Source of the DNA: an uncultured Gemmatimonadaceae bacterium
GTDB taxonomy: Bacteria > Gemmatimonadota > Gemmatimonadetes > Gemmatimonadales > Gemmatimonadaceae
Assembly (NCBI GenBank): GCA_963817955.1
Contig: CAWFQK010000004.1
Coordinates: forward strand, 384,001 to 448,000
Direction of reading: 5' to 3'
DNA: 64,000 bases
Every line of letters begins with the position of its first letter. Position 1 is the stretch's first letter. The notes beneath the pieces are model-generated. The model did no database searches. It saw only the letters and a list, made by a program, of their open reading frames with translations, and was not told the origin of the DNA. Positions 49,077 to 63,185 of the stretch are shown here, in pieces. The position numbers and the translations under genes were made by a program.

Positions 49077-50195
49077 GCAGCGTCTTTTCCGTTGTTGCTG
49101 CCGAGCTGCGACAGGTACGCTTCGATGAACGGGTCGATGTCGCCGTCCATTACGCGCTGCACGTCTGGGATCTTGAGCTCCGTGCGGTGATCGTTGACCA
49201 TGGTATACGGTTGGAAGACGTAACTGCGAATCTGGCTGCCGAAGCTCACGTCCGACTTGGTCGCGTCGAGTGCCGCTTTCTTTTTTGCCAGCTTGTCCGC
49301 CTCGAGTTGGTAGAGACGGTTCTTGAGCTGTTTCATTGCGGTCGCCTTGTTCTTGTGCTGCGACCGCTCGGCCTGCGACGACGTGACAATCCCGCTGGGA
49401 ATGTGCGTGAGGCGTACCGCGGAGCTGGTCTTGTTCACGTGCTGACCGCCCGCGCCCGACGCCCGGAACACATCCATCCTGATGTCCTCGTCGCGGATCT
49501 CGATGTTGATCTCTTCGTCGACGACTGGATAGACGAACGCCGAGGCGAAGCTCGTGTGCCGTCGCGCCTGCGCGTCGAACGGCGAGATGCGCACGAGACG
49601 GTGCACGCCGGCTTCCGCCTTCAGAAACCCAAAGGCGTACAGCCCCTTGATCTCGAGCACCGCGCCCTTGATTCCCGCCTCTTCGCCTTCGCTCAAGTCG
49701 AGAATGTCGACTACATAGCCCTTTCGCTCGGCCCACCGCATATACATGCGCATGAGCATCTGCGCCCAGTCCTGCGCCTCGGTGCCGCCAGCGCCGGCAC
49801 TAATCTCGAGCTGTGCATCGCGGAAATCATCGGGGCCGGACAGCACCGACCGCAGGCGAAACGCTTCGAGCTCGTGGCCAAGGGTCACAATCTCACGATC
49901 GATCTCCGCCGACAGATCGTCGTCGGGTTCGACGGCGAGCATCTCCTCGAGTTCCGATGCGCTCTGCACGCGCCCGCTGATCGTCTCGAAAGGGTCGACC
50001 CAGCCCTTCACCGCCTTGACCTGCTGCACCACCGCCTGCGCGGCCTGCTGGTCGTGCCAGAAGCCCGGGGCGGACATGCGCTCTTCTAGCTGCCTCAGCG
50101 TATCGCGCTTGGCATCCAGGTCAAAGATACCTCCTCAGCTCAGCGAGACGCTCGGCGTACTGCCTGAGCTGTTTCGCGCGCTCGCTTTCAGCCAT
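49073..50195 (-). CDS. prfB: Peptide chain release factor 2 (programmed +1 frameshift)
   Basis: ATG at 50195, 24 codons to AGGAGG-TAT-CTT-TGA-C (50120-50135), then the +1 frame carrying SPF and GGQ motifs. Confidence 0.95.
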
Positions 50196-50211
50196 TTCCC
50201 TCTCCGGTAAG

Positions 50212-50250
50212 ACACGAGCCGTCCTGCGCTCACTGGCGGACGGCTCGTGT
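50212..50250 (-). terminator. Strong hairpin upstream of the prfB RBS
   Basis: ACACGAGCCGTCC...GGACGGCTCGTGT, 13-bp stem; short U-tail. Confidence 0.5.
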
Positions 50251-50349
50251 GCGATGTGGTTACGTGGAACATAACGAACGCTATACGGGATCGGCGATAC
50301 GCGATGGGAAATCTGCGCGTACCACCGCTTTCGGCCCGATCTCCTGCCG

Positions 50350-51216
50350 CTAGAACATCCGCTGGCCGCCGGCGAGGATCTCGTTGAGCGCCTCCTGGAA
50401 GTGCGTCGTCGAATCGGCGAACTCTTTCCCGACCTGATCGATGTACTCCTCGTAGCTCTTCTTGATCTCTTCGCGGAACAGCTCCTTCAGCGTGCCTTCG
50501 CGGAGTCCTTCTTCACGCCGCTGGGGGAAGTACGTCACGAGGTCTGAGATCAGGGCGCGCGACAAACGGCGCGCCTTGGCGTTGGGATCGTTCGCCAGGA
50601 ATGGATTGATGGGGGCACGCGTCGGCGTACCCATCGCGGGCCGCGGCGGCACCGGACGCGGCACGCTGGCCGCCGGCGTCACCGCCGATGCCATCGCCTG
50701 GATCCCAGTAGAGCGCACCGGCGGCGATGGACGAGCCGTCATACCTGCTGGGCCCACCGGTGGCATCGTCGGCATGCCCTGGGTGCTGGACGAGGCGCTC
50801 CGCACCGGCGGCACCGCAGGCCGAGTGATCGTTGGCGATGGACGCGCCGGCGCCGATGCAGCAGCGGTCGTCGGAGTTTGGATGGAAGGTGCTCGCGACG
50901 TCCTCTCGGGAGGCACCACCGTCGCCACAGGCGTAACGAACGCCGGTGTTTGGGCAGGGAACGGCGGCGGTATCGGTGCGGCTGGTGGCGGAGCGGTGGG
51001 GCGCGGCGGCGGTTGCGGCCGAGGCGCTGCCTGCACCGCCTGTGTCGACTTCGAGCCGTGCACCGTGGAAGGCGCGAACTCTTCGTCGATCGAGCTGCCG
51101 GCCCCCACGGTAATCACTCCGCCACAAACGGAGCAGCGCGCCCGCACCCCGGCCGAGGGCACCTTTGCCGGATCGACGCGGAAGACCGAACGGCACTCCG
51201 GACAGGAAACGTTCAA
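50350..51216 (-). CDS. Zinc-ribbon (MJ0042-like) protein with Pro-rich linker and helical C-terminal domain
   Basis: CPECRSVFRV...VRARCSVCG; long Pro/Ala/Thr linker; ARRLSRALISDL...FREEIKKSYEEY. Confidence 0.75.
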   Translation of the reverse strand: MNVSCPECRSVFRVDPAKVPSAGVRARCSVCGGVITVGAGSSIDEEFAPSTVHGSKSTQAVQAAPRPQPPPRPTAPPPAAPIPPPFPAQTPAFVTPVATVVPPERTSRAPSIQTPTTAAASAPARPSPTITRPAVPPVRSASSSTQGMPTMPPVGPAGMTARPSPPVRSTGIQAMASAVTPAASVPRPVPPRPAMGTPTRAPINPFLANDPNAKARRLSRALISDLVTYFPQRREEGLREGTLKELFREEIKKSYEEYIDQVGKEFADSTTHFQEALNEILAGGQRMF

Positions 51217-52208
51217 TTTTCCTCCCTCAGGCTGACAGATGCGTGCGTCACCGTCGTGACGGAATCGTCGAATGGCACATCCGTACGGCGATCGATCGAG
51301 AAAACGGATCCGGGCAGCGTTTTGGCGTAACTCTTCATTTCCGTAGCCAATGCGCTCACCTGCGCAGCGTGTGTAAAGTGGCGCCGCTCGTTGGTGACAA
51401 CGCCAATCGACACTGTCATCAATGGTACACGGTGAAGTTGTCCCCGGCGATCCTTGCCGAAAAAGTAGCCGGCCCGCTGGTCCTGCTCCGAGTATTGAAA
51501 TGGGATCAGTGTGTCGAATATCGACACGATCTCGCCGCAGACGTCGGCAATATCCGGGACCGGAATGATGAAAATGAAGTCATCGCCGCCGATGTGCCCC
51601 ACAAATCCACTGGCCTGAGAGATTCCCTTCACGACATCGTGGAGAATCTGCGCCAGAATGCGGATGACACGATCGCCTTCGTAATACGAATAGCGGTCGT
51701 TGAATTCCTTGAAATGATCCAAATCGGCGTAGCAGGTCGCGAACTGGACGTCCGCTGTCAGTCGCCGCGCGATCTCCGCTTCGATCTCGATCGCACCGGG
51801 CAAACGAGTGGACGGATGGACGTACAGGTTGCGATCGGACCGGCGTAACAGCGCGTCGAGGCGGATCGCGGCCTCCTCGACGTTCAGGTGCTCGCGGATC
51901 ACCTCGTCACCACCGGCACGGAATCCGTCATCGAAGGCCGTCGCGTCATCGTGCGACACGACTACGGCAGGCACGACGCCCGTGTATGAGTCACTCTTCA
52001 GTCGCGTGAGAGCGCCAAGCACCGCTTCGGAGTTCGCACGTGCATCGAATACTACGACGCGCGGTCGGCCCCGCAGCGCAACACTCATGAGGGCTTCGTC
52101 GTCGCGCACCCGCAGGAGTGGAATGCCCAAATCGCCAAGCCATCGCTGCACCACATCGGGCGTAGCGAGGTCGTGGGGCGAAAAGAGAATCGCGCTAGTG
52201 GTAGCCAC
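51213..52208 (-). CDS. GGDEF-domain protein with a degenerate receiver-like N-terminus
   Basis: DLDHFKEFNDRY, GDRVI, GHIGGDDF, TVSIG. Confidence 0.85.
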   Translation of the reverse strand: MATTSAILFSPHDLATPDVVQRWLGDLGIPLLRVRDDEALMSVALRGRPRVVVFDARANSEAVLGALTRLKSDSYTGVVPAVVVSHDDATAFDDGFRAGGDEVIREHLNVEEAAIRLDALLRRSDRNLYVHPSTRLPGAIEIEAEIARRLTADVQFATCYADLDHFKEFNDRYSYYEGDRVIRILAQILHDVVKGISQASGFVGHIGGDDFIFIIPVPDIADVCGEIVSIFDTLIPFQYSEQDQRAGYFFGKDRRGQLHRVPLMTVSIGVVTNERRHFTHAAQVSALATEMKSYAKTLPGSVFSIDRRTDVPFDDSVTTVTHASVSLREEN

Positions 52209-52236
52209 TATCTTCGGGGCTCAGCTGTAAGGCGCC

Positions 52237-52265
52237 AAAATACGTCTGCCGGAAATTCAAGTCAA
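52237..52265 (-). promoter_or_regulatory. Putative sigma70 promoter for the GGDEF/zinc-ribbon pair
   Basis: TTGACT-17 bp-TATTTT on the minus strand. Confidence 0.45.
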
Positions 52266-52354
52266 ATTACAGCAGCTACACGACTTGCGCGGTCCGCCGC
52301 ATGGTGATTTCGGCGGGCAGCACCAGAGCAACCAGGACCATCGCGCGCGCCGCG

Positions 52355-52522
52355 TTAGAGCGGAGTGGCCTCATCGATGAGCATGATGGGGATCCCGTCA
52401 CGAATCGCGTATCGTAACCGGCAGGCGTTGCAGACGAGCGCCGATTCGGTTTCACGATATTCGAGCTCGCCTTTGCATTTCGGGCAGACGAGAATGGCAA
52501 GTAGTTGTGGAGATACACTCAT
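52355..52522 (-). CDS. Trm112/YcaR-family small protein (not in the ORF track)
   Basis: Own translation: MSVSPQLLAILVCPKCKGELEYRETESALVCNACRLRYAIRDGIPIMLIDEATPL (55 aa); ATGA overlap with the era stop. Confidence 0.9.
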   Translation of the reverse strand: MSVSPQLLAILVCPKCKGELEYRETESALVCNACRLRYAIRDGIPIMLIDEATPL

Positions 52523-53406
52523 AACGAACGATCCTCGGGCAGCGGCAGCTTGTAACCGAGCCGATTAAGGGCGTGCGGATTCCGACGCCAGTTCGCCAGA
52601 ACCTTCACCCACAAATCGAGGTAGACGGGGGCGCCCACCAGTGCTTCCACCTTCTTGCGCGACGCGCTGCCGATAGCGCGGACGCGTTGTCCTCCGGCGC
52701 CGATGAGAATTCGTTTCTGACTCTCTCGCTCCACGTGCAGGACCGCTCGAATGTACACCGGAGACTGCGATTCCCGAAACTCTTCAATTTCGCAGGCGAC
52801 GCTGTACGGCACCTCATTCTCGAGCTGCTCGAGCGCTGTTTCACGCACCAGCTCACTGACGAAGAAGCGCACCGTCTGGGTACTGATTTCGTCTTCAGGA
52901 TACAGGAAGGGACTGACGGGTAGCAGGCCACCGATACGTGCGACCAGGGCATCCACATCCGCACCGGTCGCTGCGGAAGTGAAGAGCGCGTCGGGGCACG
53001 ATGTTTCAAGTTGAGCACGCTGGCCAGCGCTCAGGAGATCAGACTTATTGACGGCGAGCAGCAGCGGCGCGCGAATCGGCTGCGGCAGCTGTGCAACCTC
53101 GGCGAGCTCGGCCGGCTGGCCCTCGGTTCCATCCACGAGGTACAGCACCACGTCGGCCTCGTCGAGCGCGGCGAGCGCAGTGCCGCGCATCGATTCCTGA
53201 AGCGGGTATCGCGGGTTGAGCAGTCCAGGAGTGTCGAGGACGATCATCTGTACGTCGGCGGTCGTGTGAATGCCGACGATACGATTCCGCGTGGATTGCG
53301 GCTTGGCGCTGACGATGCTCAGCTTCTCCCCGACTATGCGGTTGAGGAGCGTGGATTTGCCGGCGTTGGGCTTACCGACGACGGTTACGATTCCGGCCTT
53401 GGGCAT
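52519..53406 (-). CDS. era: GTPase Era
   Basis: GKPNAGKSTL, DTPG, NKSD, EVPYS, KH domain LDLWVKV. Confidence 0.95.
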   Translation of the reverse strand: MPKAGIVTVVGKPNAGKSTLLNRIVGEKLSIVSAKPQSTRNRIVGIHTTADVQMIVLDTPGLLNPRYPLQESMRGTALAALDEADVVLYLVDGTEGQPAELAEVAQLPQPIRAPLLLAVNKSDLLSAGQRAQLETSCPDALFTSAATGADVDALVARIGGLLPVSPFLYPEDEISTQTVRFFVSELVRETALEQLENEVPYSVACEIEEFRESQSPVYIRAVLHVERESQKRILIGAGGQRVRAIGSASRKKVEALVGAPVYLDLWVKVLANWRRNPHALNRLGYKLPLPEDRSL

Positions 53407-53432
53407 AGAAAGGAAGCTAGTGACTAACAACA

Positions 53433-53465
53433 CAAAGCCCCTGGCCAACTGGGCCAGGGGCTTTG
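53433..53465 (-). terminator. rRNA operon terminator
   Basis: CAAAGCCCCTGGCC-AACTG-GGCCAGGGGCTTTG hairpin just after 5S. Confidence 0.8.
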
Positions 53466-53473
53466 CAATGAGG

Positions 53474-53590
53474 TGCCGGCGACGGCCTACTCTCCCGCGC
53501 TCTCACGAGCGGAGTACCATCGGCGCTGTAGGGCTTAACGATCGTGTTCGGAATGGGAACGAGTGTGGCCCCTACGCTCTAGTCGCCAGC
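53474..53590 (-). rRNA. rrf: 5S rRNA
   Basis: Conserved CCCATTCCGAAC, GATGGTACT and GAGAGTAGG segments; paired ends. Confidence 0.93.
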
Positions 53591-53703
53591 GAATATGTAC
53601 GACAACGGAAAGTGGTAGATCGGGAATTCTCGAATTCCCTAATAAGATCGTATTGCTCTGCTTGCAGTGTTGCTTGGTATTCCCTAATGGGAATCATTTG
53701 GGA

Positions 53704-56680
<2,977 letters not shown>

Positions 56681-56837
56681 AACAATCTGTGATCAAGCAG
56701 AGCGCCTACAATCTTGAAACCGCGCGCTTCCGCGCGCGTCATACACTTTCGAGTGACAATCGTTTGCGTCCATTGCTGGACGAAATTGATAGCCTCTCAA
56801 TAAGGATTCTCAAATCCGCGATCTACCACTATTTCCA

Positions 56838-56850
56838 TTGTCAAACAGCA
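56838..56850 (-). promoter_or_regulatory. boxA-like antitermination element in the ITS
   Basis: TGCTGTTTGACAA on the minus strand upstream of the 23S processing stem. Confidence 0.6.
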
Positions 56851-57015
56851 TCGACGCTCACGGCACGTGGCCGGGCATCAAGGCAGAAGAAAATTAAACT
56901 CGGGAAAATGGATGTTGAGACGTGCGACTTACGGGATCTTTCAGCCAGTGAGACCTTCGCTTGCGCTCAGGCCCTTCCGATCGCAGGGCGATCGTCGGCA
57001 TACTCGAGTATCCGT

Positions 57016-58541
<1,526 letters not shown>

Positions 58542-58742
58542 TGTTTGATAATTGCTCTCCGAACACCGTCATCAGACATCGCCTCATGACGATGTCCGGA
58601 ATCACAGAATATGTTCAGTGTAACTCTCCCCAGTACCCGAACAGAGCACTGGATCATCGAGTTCGCCTCGCACATCCATTTCCCCAAGTTCAATTATCAA
58701 TCAGCTTTATAAACTTCGCGTCGCGTTCAGCGACAGCCTTTA

Positions 58743-58771
58743 ACTATACCCTAACTCAGTCGCGTCGTCAA
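58743..58771 (-). promoter_or_regulatory. rrn promoter (proximal)
   Basis: TTGACG-17 bp-TATAGT. Confidence 0.75.
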
Positions 58772-58885
58772 GCTCAAACTGGCAATTTCTGCCTCGCAAT
58801 TCTCGCCCTCCGACCTTCCCCGAAACGACTCGAACTCTCGCTCAGCCCGTCTCGGTCCAACCCGCCACTTCAGTGGCGAGCCCGA

Positions 58886-58914
58886 ACAGTAACTGATGTT
58901 ACCGTTCGATGCAA
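58886..58914 (-). promoter_or_regulatory. rrn promoter (distal, putative)
   Basis: TTGCAT-17 bp-TACTGT. Confidence 0.5.
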
Positions 58915-59085
58915 CCCCCGAAACAACAACACGATACCGCGCCATCGTCTCGGAAAATCAAGTCGGTCTAACCTGGCGCGCTGGGCCTCACAACCGCCCC
59001 CCGCCCTCGACCAACCGCCTCATTCTTCCACCACTCTGCCGGCGCATACGTGACCAAATCCAGAATCCCGTCCACCATGGCAGCA

Positions 59086-59158
59086 TGGGCCGTGTAGGAA
59101 TCGAACCTACAACCTAGCGATTAAGAGTCGCTTGCTCTGCCAATTGAGCTAACGGCCC
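59086..59158 (-). tRNA. tRNA-Lys(CTT)
   Basis: GGGCCGTTAGCTCAATTGGCAGAGC...AGCGA-CTCTTAA-TCGCT...GTTCGATTC...CGGCCCA. Confidence 0.95.
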
Positions 59159-59205
59159 GCACCTGAGAACTACCACCCAAACAACTTGCACAACGTAACG
59201 CAAAA

Positions 59206-59282
59206 TGGCGCGCCAGGAGGGAATCGAACCCCCGACCCACAGCTTAGAAGGCTGTTGCTCTATCCAACTGAGCTACTGGCGC
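59206..59282 (-). tRNA. tRNA-Arg(TCT)
   Basis: GCGCCAGTAGCTCAGTTGGATAGAGC...ACAGC-CTTCTAA-GCTGT...GGCGCGCCA. Confidence 0.95.
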
Positions 59283-59303
59283 TTCGTCGACATGGTGCGC
59301 AGG

Positions 59304-59377
59304 TCGGGGCGCCCGGATTTGAACCGGGGACCTCCTGCTCCCAAAGCAGGCGCGATACCAGGCTACGCTACGCCCCG
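59304..59377 (-). tRNA. tRNA-Pro(TGG)
   Basis: CGGGGCGTAGCGTAGCCTGGTATCGCG-CCTGC-TTTGGGA-GCAGG...GTTCAAATC...GCCCCGA. Confidence 0.95.
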
Positions 59378-59412
59378 CGAGCCTTCGAATGTATCTGGAC
59401 TCGGCATGAGAA

Positions 59413-60072
59413 TCAACTGGTTAAGTCGGCTTTCCCGTCGAAGTCATCCAACCCGTCCAACGCCTCGAGTAGCTCGTCTACGGCCCGCGCGCGGTGGCTG
59501 ACGTCCGCCTTCTCTTCCCCGCTCACTTCGCCGAACGTCCGCTGCAATTCGTCCGACATGAAATAAGGATCGTATCCGAAACCACCCTGACCGCGAGCCA
59601 CATCCAAAATGTGCCCGTGGACTTCGCCGCGCCGCACCACGGAACGGGAGGCGTCCACGTACGCCGCAGCACACACGTACGATGCCCTCCTGTCGCGCAC
59701 GCCTCGTAATCGCTCGAGGAGCCGCCGATTGTTCTCGTCGTCCAGAGCCTGGCCGGTCAAATCGGTGCGTCCGCTCCATCGCTTGCTCAACACACCGGGA
59801 GCGCCGAACAGCGCGACGACCGAAAGCCCTGAATCATCGGCCACCGTCGGTCGTCCCGTGCGCGCGTGAAAGTAGCGCGCCTTTGCCAATGCATTCGCCT
59901 CGAAGGTGTCGAAAGCCTCGAGCGCATCTTCCTCCGATGTCTCAGCGACACCAGCCTGGGCGAGATCGATGACATCAATGCCGTGTGCAGCGAACAGCGG
60001 GCGAAGCTCACTCAGCTTCCCTGCACTCCGCGTTGCGAGCAGCAACGGCCCCATCTGCCCTCCCACGCCCAC
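59413..60072 (-). CDS. rdgB: Non-canonical purine NTP pyrophosphatase (RdgB/HAM1)
   Basis: ATRSAGK, ADDSGL, APGVLS, GFGYDPYF, SHRARA; start uncertain. Confidence 0.92.
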   Translation of the reverse strand: MGVGGQMGPLLLATRSAGKLSELRPLFAAHGIDVIDLAQAGVAETSEEDALEAFDTFEANALAKARYFHARTGRPTVADDSGLSVVALFGAPGVLSKRWSGRTDLTGQALDDENNRRLLERLRGVRDRRASYVCAAAYVDASRSVVRRGEVHGHILDVARGQGGFGYDPYFMSDELQRTFGEVSGEEKADVSHRARAVDELLEALDGLDDFDGKADLTS

Positions 60073-60074
60073 CG

Positions 60075-60815
60075 TCAGCCGGCAAGCGCGCGTTGCTGCG
60101 CGGCGTCGAGCTCGCGCATACCCTTGACCGCAAGATCGAGCAACGCGCTCAGCTCGTTGCGATCAAAGGTGCCATTCTCTCCCGTGCCCTGTACCTCGAC
60201 GAACCCGCCTGTACTACTCATGACGACATTCATGTCAACCGCCGCACGCACGTCCTCGGCATAGTCGAGATCGAGACGTGGCGTCGTCCCGATTACTCCA
60301 ACACTGACGGCCGAGACGCGACGTTTCACAGGCGTCACGGGAATGCGGCCAGTCTTTACCATCCAGTCGAACGCATCGACCGCTGCGACACACGCGCCGG
60401 TGATCGATGCAGTGCGTGTCCCTCCATCAGCGATGAGCACATCGCAGTCAAGCTTGATCGTGTACTCGCCAAAACGGAAGTCGTCGAGCATGGCGCGAAT
60501 GCTCCGCCCGATCAGGCGTTGAATTTCCTGCGTGCGCCCGCCGAGTTGCGAACGCTCACGACCCGTGCGGGTGAGCGTCGCGCGTGGAAGCATGGCGTAT
60601 TCGGCGGTGAGCCACCCTTCGCCGCGGCCACGCTTCCAGCCAGGAACTCCCTCCTCGACAGACGCGGCGCACAACACGCGCGTTGCACCGAACGAAACGA
60701 TGCAGGATCCCTCGGCATGCGCGATAGCGCCGCGCTCGAGGGTAACAGGACGCATCTCGTCGTCACGACGCGACGCGCGATGCACAACGGTTTCAGTGGC
60801 CACGAAGTCGCTCAA
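60075..60815 (-). CDS. rph: Ribonuclease PH
   Basis: [42 protein letters not shown]; start uncertain. Confidence 0.95.
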   Translation of the reverse strand: MSDFVATETVVHRASRRDDEMRPVTLERGAIAHAEGSCIVSFGATRVLCAASVEEGVPGWKRGRGEGWLTAEYAMLPRATLTRTGRERSQLGGRTQEIQRLIGRSIRAMLDDFRFGEYTIKLDCDVLIADGGTRTASITGACVAAVDAFDWMVKTGRIPVTPVKRRVSAVSVGVIGTTPRLDLDYAEDVRAAVDMNVVMSSTGGFVEVQGTGENGTFDRNELSALLDLAVKGMRELDAAQQRALAG

Positions 60816-61275
60816 TTGTGGAAGTCGTAGAATGTCCTGGCGTGAGCGGGATGACTACGACATCGCCGCCCCACGAACGCACCTCGGATGCGCCGACTAT
60901 GGAGGCCTCGGCATAATCGCCGCCCTTCACCAGCACATTGGGCTGGAGCGCGACGATCAACTCGAGCGGCGTATCCTGTTCGAACACCACGACGCCATCC
61001 ACCATCTCGAGTGCGGCAAGCACGTAACACCGCTCTGGGGCGCTGCGCACCGGTCGCGCGGAACCCTTCAACCGGCGTACGGACGCATCGCTGTTTACGC
61101 CGACGATCAGAGCATCGCCTCGGGCCCGGGCACCGATCAACACATCCACGTGACCAGGATGCAGCAGGTCGAACACGCCGTTGGTGAATACGAGGCGCCC
61201 TCGAACGGTCTGTCGCCAGTCGCGTGCGCGATCCGCGCTCATCACTTTGTCCAACGGCCGGGAGAGCACGCTCAA
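60793..61275 (-). CDS. rfaE2: D-glycero-beta-D-manno-heptose 1-phosphate adenylyltransferase
   Basis: [34 protein letters not shown]. Confidence 0.92.
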   Translation of the reverse strand: MSVLSRPLDKVMSADRARDWRQTVRGRLVFTNGVFDLLHPGHVDVLIGARARGDALIVGVNSDASVRRLKGSARPVRSAPERCYVLAALEMVDGVVVFEQDTPLELIVALQPNVLVKGGDYAEASIVGASEVRSWGGDVVVIPLTPGHSTTSTIERLRGH

Positions 61276-61625
61276 AGCGGGCCTTCGGCGTGTGGGTGGA
61301 AATGAAGGTCGCGAACGAACATCGGCAACTCGACCTGCTCGTAGTACTCAGACTCGATCGTGATCGTTCGTTCGGTCCGGCGAATCGAGATGTTCCCAGC
61401 CGCCTCCGGCAGGCCGAGCGAATCAGCCGAGGCGCGCAAGCGCGTGAGGATCAGATCATTCGCGGTATGAGGCGAGAAGGCAACTTCAGAGCGCATGTCA
61501 TCTTGAAATTCATAACAGCGCCAATACGCCCCGCCGATATTCACGCCGAAGTAGATAACCGCGGCCGTAATCAGCAGCGTAAACAGGCACCCAAGCGAGC
61601 TCGCGCCACGGCGCGCGATCACCAA
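61272..61625 (-). CDS. Small pilin-like N-terminal TM protein (DUF4845-like)
   Basis: RRG-ASSLGCLFTLLITAAVIYFG hydrophobic N-terminus; coupled within the operon. Confidence 0.55.
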   Translation of the reverse strand: MVIARRGASSLGCLFTLLITAAVIYFGVNIGGAYWRCYEFQDDMRSEVAFSPHTANDLILTRLRASADSLGLPEAAGNISIRRTERTITIESEYYEQVELPMFVRDLHFHPHAEGPL

Positions 61626-62116
61626 TTGCTTTGTACTCCCTCGACGATCTTCTGCACCATTTTCGAGATCGCCTGGTGACGGCCGTCTGCTTCGGCACGC
61701 TCGGCGTAATCGGCCTCCTCGCGCATACTCTTGTTTTCGAACAACACGTGCCCGTTCGACTGGTCGATGATCTCGATTTCGACGGTGATCTGTAGCCGAC
61801 GGCGGGCGGTCACGGCCTGCTGCGGATTGGCGCTGAAGCTGACCGGCACGTCGGCGTCGTACGATTGGATGACGCCGTGCACCAGCGCGTCGGCGCGATC
61901 GGTCGGCGCGTCACGCACACCGAGTCGCCGCTGAAGCTCCTGGTGCATCACATCGTACAATTCCTTGGAAATCTCCGGATTGGCAGTCTGATTGTCGAAC
62001 GTGGCAATAGCCATCGTACGGATGTTCGGCGGCAGACCGCCGCCGGCAAAGCTGTACAGACAGCCGGTCAACGACAGCAGGGCAACGCTAGCGATCAAAA
62101 CGCCAAATCGACGCAT
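61619..62116 (-). CDS. lptE: LPS assembly lipoprotein LptE-like
   Basis: Lipobox LTGC followed by YSFAGG; FDNQT, ADALVHGVI, LQITVEIEI; C-terminal W. Confidence 0.7.
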   Translation of the reverse strand: MRRFGVLIASVALLSLTGCLYSFAGGGLPPNIRTMAIATFDNQTANPEISKELYDVMHQELQRRLGVRDAPTDRADALVHGVIQSYDADVPVSFSANPQQAVTARRRLQITVEIEIIDQSNGHVLFENKSMREEADYAERAEADGRHQAISKMVQKIVEGVQSNW

Positions 62117-62723
62117 CGAACTCCGGAACCTCATCCGTTCGCGTAATCGTGAGATGCAACGAACGGCGCGCGCCCTCGTTGCGATACTGCGCTTGTGTCA
62201 CACCGCGCCGTTCGACCCACTCTGCTACTCGCCCTCCGACCACACGTTCGGCCCGGTACAGCGTGTCGCCGTGAAAGCTGAGTCGCCAGGCAACAGGGTT
62301 GCCGATATCGGCACGCAGCGTCGTCCCTTCGACACGAATGACGGTGTCAGCGAGATTTGGCAACGCCACGCGACCCAACGCGGCCCACAGCAACGTAGGC
62401 GGTGGCACGAACCGGCGCACGAAATCACCAGCGGGAATGGCGAGCGAATCGCCGATCAGAACAGCAGATCCCCCGCCGAACCCGCCGGCCAGAAAGAAAT
62501 CCAGCCTGGCACTATCCGGCCACGCAATTCGCGCCACGCCGTCCCCTCGGCCTGACATCTCCCGATCGTCGAGGTCCCATTCGAACACGACCTTGTGGTG
62601 GCCGGATGGCAGATCGGTGCGCGGCAAGCGCGCGGCGGGCACTGGGGCCCCGGAAAGCGGGGTCAGACGGGGCGCACAAGCGGCCAGGAGGGCCGCCGTC
62701 GCCACCAGCAATCGGCGACACAT
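62088..62723 (-). CDS. Hypothetical lipoprotein (possible LolB/DUF4292-like fold)
   Basis: Lipobox LAAC; beta-rich sequence with RLDFFLAGG. Confidence 0.55.
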   Translation of the reverse strand: MCRRLLVATAALLAACAPRLTPLSGAPVPAARLPRTDLPSGHHKVVFEWDLDDREMSGRGDGVARIAWPDSARLDFFLAGGFGGGSAVLIGDSLAIPAGDFVRRFVPPPTLLWAALGRVALPNLADTVIRVEGTTLRADIGNPVAWRLSFHGDTLYRAERVVGGRVAEWVERRGVTQAQYRNEGARRSLHLTITRTDEVPEFDASIWRFDR

Positions 62724-63157
62724 CAGGCGTGGCCGAATAGTGCACGCACTGCCGGAGGCAGGGGCACTGGGCGGCCGGCGCGGTCGATCGATACCAGTGC
62801 AGTGCGCGCCGTGACCAACCGTTGCCCAGTGGAGGCGTTTGTGATCAGATAATCGAGCGTGATCCCGCGCGAGCGGACCTCGGCGAGGGTGGTTCGGACG
62901 CGGATCATGTCGTCGTATCGGGCGGCCGAGTGATAGCGCGCTGAGATCTCCGAAACGGCGAGCCCCACGCCCGCCCGCTCCATGTCCGCGTAACTCATGC
63001 CGCGAGCGCGGATGAAGTCGGTGCGACCGACCTCACACCAGATAAGGTAGTTGGTGTGATACACCACTCCCATTTGGTCAGTTTCGGCGTAACGGACGCG
63101 AAACTCCACGTCGTGGTGCGACGGCGTTGGCGCAGCGTCGGTCGATTCAGTGGACAC
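62723..63157 (-). CDS. Acyl-CoA thioesterase (YbgC/4HBT family)
   Basis: RVRYAETDQMGVVYHTNYL...EVGRT; start approximate. Confidence 0.9.
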   Translation of the reverse strand: MSTESTDAAPTPSHHDVEFRVRYAETDQMGVVYHTNYLIWCEVGRTDFIRARGMSYADMERAGVGLAVSEISARYHSAARYDDMIRVRTTLAEVRSRGITLDYLITNASTGQRLVTARTALVSIDRAGRPVPLPPAVRALFGHA

Positions 63158-63185
63158 GCGGCGAAGATCGTCAGGACACATTCGT

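Noticed and set aside
45608..49736. Long N-terminal extensions of lolD and lysS in the ORF track (also lpxA, larC, thioesterase)
   Set aside because: They overlap upstream genes in another frame; coupled ATGA/TGATG starts give normal-length proteins.
51213..52208. Hypr-GGDEF (cGAMP synthase) assignment
   Set aside because: The specificity position retains Asp (EGDRVI), not the Ser/Thr of GacA-type enzymes.
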